IMG/VR virus record: IMGVR_UViG_3300005337_000002
Length of the DNA: 64,000 bases
Origin: a virus
Direction: 5' to 3' (one strand)
The notes beneath the pieces were generated by a model, which did no database searches, had not been told where the DNA came from, and saw only the letters and a list, made by a program, of their open reading frames with translations. Numbering within the stretch: the first letter of the stretch is position 1; every line of letters begins with the position of its first letter. Of this stretch, positions 9,475-19,223 are shown piece by piece. The position numbers and the translations under genes are program-made.

Positions 9475-9996
9475 CTAGGCCGATGTGTAATACATAAGAT
9501 TCAGCCGTATATCTGTTACGCCGACGCCTAATCGTGCCTTAAACGCCGTATTGGCCGGAAGTTTGTACGGGGGATCAAAATCGAACGTGTAGCCACCCCC
9601 ACTCGCCGCTAGCGGCATGGAGTCCACCACTGTGCCATCCCCTGCCCCATCCGTGCCGCCTTCTACGAGGTCAATGCGGCTGAGCGTCGCGGATGTGTTC
9701 CCCACCTTGATGCGCGTAATGTGCAGCGACAGCCCGGCCCCGGGCGCAGCCAATACGGCGGCATTGGTAGTCGCCGTGAGCGTTACCGTCTTTGGTCCCA
9801 CCACATCGGCATTGCGCACCTGGGGCGGCATGTACGGGCTCGTGACAAAACGCCCCAACAGATCAAAGAACGCATCGACCCGGTCGGCGGTGGCGACAGC
9901 GGTCGGGACACCACTGGTGGCCTTGCCCCCAATTTTGAGCGGCTTCCCCGCGTCCGCCGTATCATGCGCCACCGCGCCTTCAATCGGGAGTGGCAT
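9475..9996 (-). CDS. Hypothetical structural protein
   Basis: Coupled to upstream ORF; beta-rich. Confidence 0.55.
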   Translation of the reverse strand: MPLPIEGAVAHDTADAGKPLKIGGKATSGVPTAVATADRVDAFFDLLGRFVTSPYMPPQVRNADVVGPKTVTLTATTNAAVLAAPGAGLSLHITRIKVGNTSATLSRIDLVEGGTDGAGDGTVVDSMPLAASGGGYTFDFDPPYKLPANTAFKARLGVGVTDIRLNLMYYTSA

Positions 9997-10364
9997 TAGA
10001 TCGACTCCTCAACCCAGTACGAGACCATCACATCCAGGGCGCCGCCGGTGGGTGCCTCACAGGTAATACGGAGATCTTCATTGAAATCCCCGCGCCCGAT
10101 AATGCCGCCCCCGCCAGAACGGTGGGCTTGTTGGCCCGGTGGAATGCCCGAATGACGCAGCAAGACGCCAACGCCGGTCGGCGTCGAGGGCGTCCCAAAC
10201 CCTATCGTCACGGCGACTTGATTGACCGTGACGGCGCCTCCCACCGTGACCGTGATATCCGTCGCGATAAGCTGCTGGGTGGACGAAGCTGGCACAATCA
10301 ACGTGTCCGCCTGCGCCGCCGTGTACTGGACCGCCAGTGTTTGGAGATTGGGGAAATACGTCAT
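9996..10364 (-). CDS. Hypothetical structural protein
   Basis: Coupled ORF in late operon. Confidence 0.55.
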   Translation of the reverse strand: MTYFPNLQTLAVQYTAAQADTLIVPASSTQQLIATDITVTVGGAVTVNQVAVTIGFGTPSTPTGVGVLLRHSGIPPGQQAHRSGGGGIIGRGDFNEDLRITCEAPTGGALDVMVSYWVEESI

Positions 10365-10372
10365 GGTGGTCT

Positions 10373-10930
10373 CTATGCGAGAATGTCAAAAAATTCAATA
10401 ATATAACTGACAGTACCTACGGTACTACTGGTGATATTGCGCACGGTAATCCCCTGATTCTGCCGCAACGTCAGTCCACGCTGGCCTTCACGCCGTTGGT
10501 AAATAATCTCGCTGGCGTCATCCGTCGCGCCACTCAGGACAATACCAGTCGCCGCGAGGGCCATCTCTTCCGAGGTGGCAAACGAGCGCAAAATGGTATG
10601 TGCTTCCGTCACACTGGTGCTATTGGTATCCGCGGTAATCCCGGCCGACAAGGTATCGGCGGTGTCATCGGCAAAGATGGTGACGCCCGTGCCTGCGGTG
10701 CGAGCGGTAATCCGCGCCAGGTACTGCTCCAGCAAAATGCCGGTGACGATGCCCACTTGCCAGTTGAAACGCCAGACATGCGTGACCACCACCTTGCGCG
10801 TTGTACTGGTGTTAAAGAGCGTGGCCATGTACTTGTTAGCACCCGGCACGATGCGATCAAACACCGCATAGTACGTCGGGAAGGACCCCGGCAAGGAAAG
10901 AACGCTCGCCCCGCCACGTCGATCAGCCAT
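10373..10930 (-). CDS. Hypothetical structural protein
   Basis: ORF in late operon, beta-rich. Confidence 0.55.
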   Translation of the reverse strand: MADRRGGASVLSLPGSFPTYYAVFDRIVPGANKYMATLFNTSTTRKVVVTHVWRFNWQVGIVTGILLEQYLARITARTAGTGVTIFADDTADTLSAGITADTNSTSVTEAHTILRSFATSEEMALAATGIVLSGATDDASEIIYQRREGQRGLTLRQNQGITVRNITSSTVGTVSYIIEFFDILA

Positions 10931-10935
10931 AGTAC

Positions 10936-11328
10936 CTAGTCGTCCTTCGCTATACGTGTGTCAGGAGCACTCACACGACAGGGCTCTAGCAGCACAAAGC
11001 GCGCATCATCCGTATACTGGGCCTTGACCAGGAGTTGTACGAACTGAGGTTCTTGCCAGGGCAAGGCACCCAGAAAAGCGAGAAACGCCGCAAGATCAAA
11101 CGCATGAAAGGCTCCAGCATAGAGCGGCTTGGTAAACGCCTTTTCACTGCGGATGACGGCCTGCATATCGGTACTGAACTGGCCATGGCCCTGGGCAACT
11201 AACCACGCATTAATGGTATCGAGGAGCGGATACTGCCACGTATCCTCGTCGTCTTCATAATGATCCTCATACCCAAACGTCAGTAAAATCTGTGTCACGT
11301 TGGACATGCAGAGACTCCCTCGTTGCAT
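10936..11328 (-). CDS. Hypothetical protein
   Basis: Fills the gap between operon genes. Confidence 0.5.
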   Translation of the reverse strand: MQRGSLCMSNVTQILLTFGYEDHYEDDEDTWQYPLLDTINAWLVAQGHGQFSTDMQAVIRSEKAFTKPLYAGAFHAFDLAAFLAFLGALPWQEPQFVQLLVKAQYTDDARFVLLEPCRVSAPDTRIAKDD

Positions 11329-11336
11329 GGAAAACG

Positions 11337-11813
11337 CTACGTCAGTTCCTCATCAAAGAAAAAGAGTACTGCAACGTCTGAATCATCGACTACCCCGAGG
11401 TTGGTCACAATCACGCGAAACCCATCGAGCCCTGCCGTAGCCGAGTAGGGCACGGTGATAAAGCCCGCATGGGGTGGACGAAACTCCCAGTACCCCACGT
11501 TGGTAATGCCGAGCCCTTTAATGGTGGACGGCGTACCGTTCGCGACGGTATACACTTCGGCCCGAAACGGAGCCGCACAGATGACATCCACGCCCCAGAG
11601 GCGCCCGGTCGTCGCCGACGTGAGCTGTGCACTGTCGAGCGTCACACTGGCCCCGGTGGCGAGACTGGCCGAGGTGGCGTAGGTAATCTGCGGCGAGGTC
11701 AGGCCAATTTCCACATGCTGCCGCTGCACCGTGTCCGCACCAATCACGAGCTGGCGCGTCGAGGTTTTTTTGCCCGATGAATCGGGAGGGACCTGAATGT
11801 ACGATAACGGCAT
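11337..11813 (-). CDS. Hypothetical structural protein
   Basis: YIQVPPDSSGKK N-terminus; late operon. Confidence 0.55.
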   Translation of the reverse strand: MPLSYIQVPPDSSGKKTSTRQLVIGADTVQRQHVEIGLTSPQITYATSASLATGASVTLDSAQLTSATTGRLWGVDVICAAPFRAEVYTVANGTPSTIKGLGITNVGYWEFRPPHAGFITVPYSATAGLDGFRVIVTNLGVVDDSDVAVLFFFDEELT

Positions 11814-11826
11814 AGTCTATTTCTTT

Positions 11827-12183
11827 TTAGCGTACAGCGCCATAGAAGCGATAACTCTGCTGCCAGGCCGTCAGTTGCTCGGTCACAAACGCAGGCGCCT
11901 GGTTTTGCAGCAACGTCTGGAGTTGGGCGGCCGTGATCGTCGGGGCCGCGTCAATCAGGACCTCGAATTCCAGGAGGGTGCCCGCCCGGATCTGCGCCTG
12001 CTCCGCCGCGGTAATCTGCCCAGGGTCCGTGCCTTCCACCATCGCCGTGCGGCCACTGCGCCCCGTCACCAGGAAGACGGTACTCCAGGGAATCCCCGCC
12101 GCATTATTCCCCGCCGGCGTGGCGGTATGGAGCAAACAGCGGAAGCGCCCCTCGGTATATTCGAGCACATGCACTTGTGACAC
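11827..12183 (-). CDS. Hypothetical protein
   Basis: AGGAG RBS and GTG start. Confidence 0.55.
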   Translation of the reverse strand: MSQVHVLEYTEGRFRCLLHTATPAGNNAAGIPWSTVFLVTGRSGRTAMVEGTDPGQITAAEQAQIRAGTLLEFEVLIDAAPTITAAQLQTLLQNQAPAFVTEQLTAWQQSYRFYGAVR

Positions 12184-12332
12184 GTGATGCTCCTAGACGC
12201 CCACACCACTGAGGGCCAGGGAGCCCAACGGGGGCCCCGCCACCGCGATCACCGGGAGGTCTTGCCACCAGTACGCCGTCTGGGGAGGAAAACAAAAGCC
12301 ACGCCCGAGTCGCATGATACGTCCTTTCTGGA

Positions 12333-12833
12333 CTAGCTCGCAATCTTGAAGTAGCAATAACAGTTCAGGGCCGCAGGCGCCGTCACCCGTATGCGTGTGG
12401 AGTTGCCGATATTGCACACGGGCTCCATGCCGAGCGGAAACTGTTTAATAAACGGCTGACTGAGCCCGGTAATAAACTGCGGCGCATCGAGGTTGCGCAC
12501 GCTCGTAATGGTCCCTTCGGCGGTGGACGTATAGCCCGTGCCGGTGGTACTGAGCGTCATCACGGTCGCGGCGACGGCGGCCAGGTCGCTCACTTTGGTG
12601 ATATCGGCCTCGACGGACGCCGTCACGGTCGCAAAGACCGTACCGGTTTCGATGAGTTCCACGACAATCGGGGTGGCCAGGGCTGCCCCATTAAAACTAA
12701 TGCCCCATTCGACAATCCGCAGGAGCACCAGGGGGCGGAGTTGGAGCATGGTCTTGATGGCCGTTCCCGTCGTCACGGCGGCAAAGGCGGCGGTCGTTTG
12801 CATCGGGCCATTGCCCACGAGATAGAGGGACAT
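12333..12833 (-). CDS. Hypothetical structural protein
   Basis: AAGGAG RBS; beta-rich. Confidence 0.55.
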   Translation of the reverse strand: MSLYLVGNGPMQTTAAFAAVTTGTAIKTMLQLRPLVLLRIVEWGISFNGAALATPIVVELIETGTVFATVTASVEADITKVSDLAAVAATVMTLSTTGTGYTSTAEGTITSVRNLDAPQFITGLSQPFIKQFPLGMEPVCNIGNSTRIRVTAPAALNCYCYFKIAS

Positions 12834-12842
12834 GCAGACTCC

Positions 12843-13442
12843 TTACCAATAGGCGCGGCGTTGGACGGCCATGGTCATGCCGGGATGTTCTCCGGGAGGC
12901 AGATTGACCGTAAAATCGCCCATCGCAAAATTGTCGAGCACCTGCGTGGTCGTCGCCGTAAAAAGCCCCCCATACGGCCCCCCGACCGTCGAGCCATTGA
13001 TGGCACTATCCGTCAGGTTATGCCGCAGCGTGCCATTCTGCCGCGTTTGGAGCGTGGTCCCTTGCGCTTCGAGATAGATGGTATCGCCACTCACCGGGGT
13101 CGCAAAGGTCACGCTAGAGACAATCGTCCAGGTGCCCGCGACCAGTTTCGAGAGGGCCACCGAGGTGCCCGACCACGCATCCACAAAGTAAAAATCCCCC
13201 GACCCGGTCGAGGCCATGCGCACGGTCGGCCCGCCATCGTCCGTGGCATTGTAGGTACATTGCGCCCAGTGATCGAGCGCCATGGCCCCCGCCCCCGTGT
13301 ACGCCCCGCCCGAACTCCCCGAGGTCCCCTGACAGGCATTGGAGACAATCTGCAGCGCATTGAGGCCGCCGGGCGTCGCCCAGTTGGCCCCGAGCGTCCC
13401 ACTATTGGCCCGCGTGAAGGCGTCAGTCGCGATGGTGGTCAT
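12843..13442 (-). CDS. Lectin/concanavalin-like structural protein
   Basis: DAFTRAN..LGANW start and LDNFAMGD end typical of tail-fibre lectin modules. Confidence 0.55.
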   Translation of the reverse strand: MTTIATDAFTRANSGTLGANWATPGGLNALQIVSNACQGTSGSSGGAYTGAGAMALDHWAQCTYNATDDGGPTVRMASTGSGDFYFVDAWSGTSVALSKLVAGTWTIVSSVTFATPVSGDTIYLEAQGTTLQTRQNGTLRHNLTDSAINGSTVGGPYGGLFTATTTQVLDNFAMGDFTVNLPPGEHPGMTMAVQRRAYW

Positions 13443-13445
13443 CGG

Positions 13446-15206
13446 TTAGGGCACCACGCGCAGGTTGGTCGGGGCGTTCAGGACGAGACTTTCGGCCTGC
13501 CACGCCGCGAGTTGCGCCTGGGTGAGCGCCCCCGTATAAATCCGCGCATCGCGCATCGTGCCCAGCAGATAGCCAATCGTATCGGTGCCAAACCAGACCG
13601 GGACACTATTATTGCTCATCGTCCCCGTCATCGTCCCGGACCCCGCACTCACCCCGTCAATCCAGAACGTCACCGTGGTTCCGGCCCTGGTCACCGCGAC
13701 GAGATGCTCATTGGCCAGATCCGTCAGGGTGCCGGTACTACAGAGCAAGCCCGGCGCCGAGCCCCCAAAGGCAAAGCAGAGCGTGTTCGCCTCCAGCCAG
13801 AAGACCCAATCATAGGGGGCTTGGCCCACGGACGTTTTGGCGCACAGCCCATTGCCATTGGTCAGGTTATCGAAGTTGACGCGCATGCCAATGGTCAGAT
13901 CGCCGGTCACGCCGAACAGGGCATTGGCCGGAATCTTCACCCCATCATTGACGCCGTCAAAGAGGAGGCGCTGCGCTTGCCAGACCGGCCCGGCCGCGGG
14001 ACAGGTCGTCCCCTCGCAGAGTTGCCCGTTGAGGGCATTCCCACTGGTGTCCGCCACACTGGTCCCCGTGCCCTCCCCCATGACCAGCTTCACGAGCAGC
14101 ACGGCCCCGGGCACCGTGACCGTCTGATACGGATTGTCCACGCGCCCGGCGCCCGTCGTGGTGTCCGTGAGCGCGGTGCGCAAGGCCGCATTGGCGGTCT
14201 CCAGCGTATAGCTATAATCCGACGACGGCGTCCAGGTCGTCCCCGGATTGCGTTCCGCATAGGTCTCGGCCCCGGTCACCGACCACTGCCCGACGACTTT
14301 ACAGTTGCCACCCGGCGTGTCGGGCTCGGGCGGCACAAAGGCCGTACAGGTCATGCGCGGATAGCCGCCGGGCTGGCCATTATAGATGTCATTTTCGGAG
14401 AGCATCTGTCCGTCATCGGCGGTCTGTGACCCAATGGTGTTTTGATCAAAGTAGTTATTAAAGCTGTGCGTGCGGCAATAGCGTTGCTCGGGATGGCGCA
14501 CATAGCTGTGGTTATACCAGTTATGGTGCAGGGTGACGCGGGTATTCAGATGATCGGTGGCCCCAAAATCCGGGCCACACAGAATATAGCGGTCGTTCGT
14601 GCCCGCCTTGATGAGTTGCGACCAAGAAATGGTGATGTCGCGCGACGCCGCGTCGGTCTCGCCCCCCCATCCCCCGATGGAGACGGCGGTGTTGACGCCA
14701 TCCGTGTTGTCGGAGAGGGTGACATGGTCTATCCAGATGGTCTGCGAGCCCCCGAGAAAGCGCAAGGACCAGGTATGCACCCCAATGAACGCGACGTTGT
14801 GGATAATCCAATTATGAACCGCACTGAGTTGGAAGGCCGAGTCGGCACTGGCGATGACAATATTGGCCCCCCGCCCATCAATGGTCTTGTCGTGATTATT
14901 ATTAAAGCCTTGCATGGCGAGCGTCGAGGCCAGATTGATCGTGCCCGACACCGAAAAGATAATCCACTGCGGCCCACTGCGCGTCACACAATCGCGCAGA
15001 CTATTCGCCCCCGCATCATTCAAAGTGCTCACGGTACACAACGAGCCGCCCGCCCCGCCCGTGGCAAGGCGGCCATACCCGACCCGGTAGTTGAGCAACC
15101 CTTCGCGCCAGAGCTCATTCGAGGGCAAGGTCGCCTGGGCCACCGACGCCAGAAGGCCCCACACGACCAGCACGCCCAGTACCCTGCGTCCCACGTTTCC
15201 TCGCAT
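13446..15206 (-). CDS. Pectate lyase (PL1-like) plus LamG domain protein with signal peptide
   Basis: GYGRLATGG, SLRDCV, DKTIDGRG, IWIDHV, ITISWS, VTLHHN, HSFNNY; C-terminal FDGVND..HLVAVT..DARIY. Confidence 0.8.
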   Translation of the reverse strand: MRGNVGRRVLGVLVVWGLLASVAQATLPSNELWREGLLNYRVGYGRLATGGAGGSLCTVSTLNDAGANSLRDCVTRSGPQWIIFSVSGTINLASTLAMQGFNNNHDKTIDGRGANIVIASADSAFQLSAVHNWIIHNVAFIGVHTWSLRFLGGSQTIWIDHVTLSDNTDGVNTAVSIGGWGGETDAASRDITISWSQLIKAGTNDRYILCGPDFGATDHLNTRVTLHHNWYNHSYVRHPEQRYCRTHSFNNYFDQNTIGSQTADDGQMLSENDIYNGQPGGYPRMTCTAFVPPEPDTPGGNCKVVGQWSVTGAETYAERNPGTTWTPSSDYSYTLETANAALRTALTDTTTGAGRVDNPYQTVTVPGAVLLVKLVMGEGTGTSVADTSGNALNGQLCEGTTCPAAGPVWQAQRLLFDGVNDGVKIPANALFGVTGDLTIGMRVNFDNLTNGNGLCAKTSVGQAPYDWVFWLEANTLCFAFGGSAPGLLCSTGTLTDLANEHLVAVTRAGTTVTFWIDGVSAGSGTMTGTMSNNSVPVWFGTDTIGYLLGTMRDARIYTGALTQAQLAAWQAESLVLNAPTNLRVVP

Positions 15207-15378
15207 CAACCTCTCCTGTGTGCAGCGCTTGACTGCATGTGATACACTCCGCTTCGTTGCGGCAGTAGCTGGGCTATGGAGCAGGATGCCACCCCTGTGG
15301 AGACTGCACACATCGAAGGCGCTGTCGGGCGGGAGCAGTGGGCCACGCCATGCGTGCCGCGCTGCTCCATGTCCCGCC

Positions 15379-15978
15379 TCACAAAAGCACCCCATTGAAG
15401 TTGTAGGGGCGTTCCCCAAACGTATCCGCCAAATTTTTCAAGATGACCCGCACGGTCGTACTGGCCGTGAGCCCTGCCGTACTGATCCCAAAACTGTCGG
15501 CGGTACTCATCAGCGCGGTCCGCACGGCCAGCGGCAAACTGCCAAAGGTCGTATTGAGGGTCACGCCGCCGGTGAACATCGAGGGCGGGACGGTGCCCGT
15601 TTGCCGCGCATAGATGCCGCCAAACCGCTGCAAAAAACTGAACATGCCCAGCACGCTCCGCACCACCCCCAGCCAGGTATCGGCGGTCGTCACCCACAAG
15701 GCCGGGATATGCAAAGCTTCGAGGGCCGTGCGCACGGCCGTCACTTGGCCACTCGTGAGCTGCGGCGCCAGATCAAAGGGCAACGCCGTCACGTCGGGCT
15801 GCGCACTCACGCTCGCATCGTCGGAGACACTGAGGTCGGCGCCGACCACCATGACCGGCTCAAAGCCATAATCCATCGCGGACCAGTCACTCAGCGTCTC
15901 AAAATACTTCGGGCGCCGTGCATCATCACGCCCGCTGCCCGTGCCAATCACCGGCACAATATACAAGCGAAACGCCAT
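15379..15978 (-). CDS. Hypothetical phage protein
   Basis: GAGGA RBS; YIVPVIGTGSGRDDARRPKY. Confidence 0.55.
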   Translation of the reverse strand: MAFRLYIVPVIGTGSGRDDARRPKYFETLSDWSAMDYGFEPVMVVGADLSVSDDASVSAQPDVTALPFDLAPQLTSGQVTAVRTALEALHIPALWVTTADTWLGVVRSVLGMFSFLQRFGGIYARQTGTVPPSMFTGGVTLNTTFGSLPLAVRTALMSTADSFGISTAGLTASTTVRVILKNLADTFGERPYNFNGVLL

Positions 15979-15988
15979 CCCGAGGTCC

Positions 15989-16579
15989 TCATGGCGTACA
16001 GGCCACGTTACTGTAGGGGCCAACCTGTCCCCCCAGTGTCATCGCCAGCCGGTAGTGATACGGCACACCCGCCACCACCTGCGTATCCGTCCAGGTGCGA
16101 TCCGTCGCGGCAATACTTGCGACAGGCGCCATCGTGCAGGCATCGGCACACAGGGCTGCGCTACAGCGTTCCATCTGAAACGCGTCGCCCTGCGTGTTGC
16201 TATCGTCCCACGCCAGGGTCCATTGCGGGGCCTGGGCCATGACGGTGATCGTCAGACTATCGCTGCCGGTATTCCCGGCGGCATCATGGGCCGTCACCGT
16301 GACTTGCGTGGTCCCCACCGCCAGCGTCAGTCCGAAGGACCAACTGGTGGTCCCGGTCGCCGTCCCACTCCCGCCCTGATTCGTGCGCCACGTCACTTGG
16401 GTCACCCCGCCCCCCGGGTCGGCGGCCGTGCCGCCGAGCGTGACACTCGTCGCGGTCGTGGTATAGGTCGTGCTCGTCGTGGGCGCCGTAATCTGGAGCG
16501 TGGGCGCTTTATGATCGGCCGCATGGGCAGAGCAGGTCATCATGCCCACCAGCAGGAGCCAGAGCCATCCTCGCATCAC
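15989..16579 (-). CDS. Ig-like plus FN3 protein with signal peptide
   Basis: PTLQITAP, GTAAD, VTAHDAAGN, YHYRL..YSN. Confidence 0.7.
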   Translation of the reverse strand: MMRGWLWLLLVGMMTCSAHAADHKAPTLQITAPTTSTTYTTTATSVTLGGTAADPGGGVTQVTWRTNQGGSGTATGTTSWSFGLTLAVGTTQVTVTAHDAAGNTGSDSLTITVMAQAPQWTLAWDDSNTQGDAFQMERCSAALCADACTMAPVASIAATDRTWTDTQVVAGVPYHYRLAMTLGGQVGPYSNVACTP

Positions 16580-16595
16580 CGCCTCCTCGTGTGCG

Positions 16596-17015
16596 CTAGC
16601 CGAGTGCCTTCATGACGCGCACGGTAAAGACCATATAGGGCCGCACCTGCTCATCGGTCCGCAGCAGCCACGGGGACTGCAGCGGACTCACGCTGAGATA
16701 GGCCAGGCCGCTGAGGGTCTGATTACTCACACTGCCCAGCGCGGTCCACGCCTGGATCGCCCGGGCCATCGCGGACTGAAACCCATAGGGCGTGCCGCGC
16801 ACCAGCACTTGCACCAGCGGTTGCTCGACCGACGCCGGAAACCCATCCTGCACCCGCAGCGGCGGAAGCCCAGGCACGGGAATGAGCGCCAGGACCGCAT
16901 CCCGAATCAGGATCTCGGGCGTGTCCTGCGGAATGCCGTAGAGAAAGAGATCGACGGCCAGCGTGCCGAGCCCCTGCGCTGCCAGATAGGTGAGGAGATC
17001 ATTGAGCACGGGCAT
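16596..17015 (-). CDS. Tail terminator / minor capsid family protein
   Basis: EQPLVQVLVRG..QSP..DEQVRP; follows gp10-like gene. Confidence 0.7.
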   Translation of the reverse strand: MPVLNDLLTYLAAQGLGTLAVDLFLYGIPQDTPEILIRDAVLALIPVPGLPPLRVQDGFPASVEQPLVQVLVRGTPYGFQSAMARAIQAWTALGSVSNQTLSGLAYLSVSPLQSPWLLRTDEQVRPYMVFTVRVMKALG

Positions 17016-17018
17016 GGC

Positions 17019-17288
17019 TTACCCCTCGGGGTCGGGGGCGCGAAAGCGTCGGCGCGTCGTCACTTCCAGATCGGGCTGCACGAAGCCATCGCGCACACTC
17101 ACGTCGACGGTCAACTGCGCAAAGGTATTACGGCGACACAGCTCGCTATAGTGCTGCTCCAAGACGGCGCGGACAAAGGCGCGCATCGCCACATTTTTCG
17201 GGTGCTCCAGGAGGCTCTGCCGCGCGGCGTCACTGAGCGCGGGCAGGGGGCGGCCATAGAGGTCGGTATGCCCCCGCGATTGCGCCAT
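17019..17288 (-). CDS. Small hypothetical protein
   Basis: Start taken at MAQSRGH after GGAGG. Confidence 0.45.
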   Translation of the reverse strand: MAQSRGHTDLYGRPLPALSDAARQSLLEHPKNVAMRAFVRAVLEQHYSELCRRNTFAQLTVDVSVRDGFVQPDLEVTTRRRFRAPDPEG

Positions 17289-17292
17289 CGGC

Positions 17293-17685
17293 TCAGCCTC
17301 CGAGTGCCTGACGAATGGCGGCGGCAATCCGCTCGGCCATGCCGTCTGTTGCGGCATACAACGGCCCGCTTAAAAAATGGTGCGTTCCATGCGGATGAAA
17401 CGTATCGGTTCGTTCGTGAACAACCAGAGCATATGGAGCTATGCCATTTTGACCATAGGTGATATGCAGTGGCGCATCGGCATCCCGCGCACTGCCCTCC
17501 AGTTCGACCTGCCCTGTACTCTTGAGTAAACCAGTTTTGACAGGGACGAGTTCCTGGCTTGCCGCGAGGATCGCGAGCGCCTCCACGTAGCGGGCGTCGG
17601 CGGCTGCGGCCCGGATGCGTTCCGGGAGCCGGTTCATAGCCCGGACCAACTCGGTCGCCCCTTTGACGTCCATCATCACGTTCAT
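17293..17685 (-). CDS. HK97 gp10-like neck protein
   Basis: SQELVPVKTGLLKST..YALVVHE..HFL. Confidence 0.8.
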   Translation of the reverse strand: MNVMMDVKGATELVRAMNRLPERIRAAAADARYVEALAILAASQELVPVKTGLLKSTGQVELEGSARDADAPLHITYGQNGIAPYALVVHERTDTFHPHGTHHFLSGPLYAATDGMAERIAAAIRQALGG

Positions 17686-18000
17686 TTAGATATACACCTC
17701 GTAGTGATCGAGCACGCTGGCCTCGTCGCGAGCCGGGTAGATCAGCAGCAGCGGCGGGCTCGTGCCATCCGGCAACGTCAAGCGATCATGCGGGCTGATG
17801 CCTGGGGTTGGCTCGAGAAAGATCTTGGCGCGACTCACGCGCTCTTCGCCCGTGCCAATGGTGATGCGCTGTGGGCGCCACTGCACCCGCGCGGGACGCG
17901 TGAACGGCGGGCCATAGGTCGGGGCTCCTTCCAGGTCTTGACTGACATAGACCCGCTGCGTGATCGTCTCGCCGAGCATCTCGCGTAGAGCTGGATCCAT
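17686..18000 (-). CDS. Head closure / head-tail adaptor
   Basis: Size and synteny in neck module. Confidence 0.7.
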   Translation of the reverse strand: MDPALREMLGETITQRVYVSQDLEGAPTYGPPFTRPARVQWRPQRITIGTGEERVSRAKIFLEPTPGISPHDRLTLPDGTSPPLLLIYPARDEASVLDHYEVYI

Positions 18001-18015
18001 TGGCCTCTCTCCCTT

Positions 18016-18360
18016 CTACACCACCCACAGGCGTGCGGGGCGTTCGGTGCCGCTGAGGAGGAGCCCGGTCGGATCGAGGGCGGCGACCATCTGCCCATAG
18101 CGCGTACTGAGCAGGCCCGTTCCGATACTCTTGCGGTCATACGAGATCCGCGTATCGCCGATTTGCTTACTGACGACGCCCGGACTGCTGAGTTCCATCA
18201 GGTGTGCCGTCAGCAAGACTTCGAGCATCGCGAGCGTCTCTTCCCCCACCCCCTGCGTGAGGAGGGCCTGATCCACCAACAGATGCGCCACTGCGATAAA
18301 CGGCACCGGGTCGACCGTCGAGGGCCGGAGCGCCAGGACCTCAGTCGGAAAGGCACGCAT
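18016..18360 (-). CDS. Head-tail connector (DUF4054-like)
   Basis: LLTAHL..KQIGD.RISY..STRYGQ..LDPTG. Confidence 0.75.
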   Translation of the reverse strand: MRAFPTEVLALRPSTVDPVPFIAVAHLLVDQALLTQGVGEETLAMLEVLLTAHLMELSSPGVVSKQIGDTRISYDRKSIGTGLLSTRYGQMVAALDPTGLLLSGTERPARLWVV

Positions 18361-18375
18361 ACCACCCCCTCGCGT

Positions 18376-19056
18376 CTAGCGACGGCGCTGGGGCTGTTGG
18401 ACATGACTCCCCTGGTGGTGCGTCGTCTCGTCGTGCGCGTCCTTGCTCTCACTGGCCTTCTCAGGCGCTGCACTGGCCTTAGGCGCCTCAGTGGGAGGCT
18501 CCTCAGCTGGCAGGATCACATGCTGGGGCATGATCGCCGGGCCAGACACGTCGCCCGGGTCCGTGCCCTGGATCGAGGGAAAGGCTTCGTACGTGCCCGC
18601 CTTGATCGTCGGGAAATCGCTATGGACGGCGGGGCCACTGACGACGTGTGCCCGAAGCTCTTTACGGTCGGCGGCCTGCTTCTTCACCGCTTCCGCCCGC
18701 ACATGCGCTTCTTTCGCCATTGCCTCGGCATCCTTCGCTTGCTGTTCGGCCTGGGCGACCGCCGCCTCGGCTTGGCGCATCGCTTGGGCAGCATCGGCTT
18801 CTTCGCGGGCCGCCATCGCGGCGGCTTCCTGCTCGCGTAAGAGTTGGAGTTGATCGTCAGGGACATGCTGGAAGCGATCCGGAAACGCCTGCAGTTCCTC
18901 GGGCCGCACATCATCGAGCAGCGTCCCTGGCTCAACTTTCAGCATCGGACCAGGCTGGCGCACGATATTGGGACTCCCGTCTGCACGTAGACCCATCTGG
19001 AGATCAATGGTTGAGGCCCGAAAAATGTGTTTACCTTCAACCTTGTAAGTTGGCAT
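18376..19056 (-). CDS. Hypothetical head-associated protein, coiled coil
   Basis: Between capsid and connector. Confidence 0.55.
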   Translation of the reverse strand: MPTYKVEGKHIFRASTIDLQMGLRADGSPNIVRQPGPMLKVEPGTLLDDVRPEELQAFPDRFQHVPDDQLQLLREQEAAAMAAREEADAAQAMRQAEAAVAQAEQQAKDAEAMAKEAHVRAEAVKKQAADRKELRAHVVSGPAVHSDFPTIKAGTYEAFPSIQGTDPGDVSGPAIMPQHVILPAEEPPTEAPKASAAPEKASESKDAHDETTHHQGSHVQQPQRRR

Positions 19057-19223
19057 TAAACTATGTCCTTTCGGTATATGATTGTGCGTGACATCTGCCG
19101 CACAATCTGCTATACTCAGCACGGTTTCGGGTTAGGGCAGTCGCGAGCCCTCGATCATAAGTCTCATGCCGCAGCGTGAGAGCCTGAGACCACATCATTC
19201 CACACCGCTGCGGAGGTTGCCTC

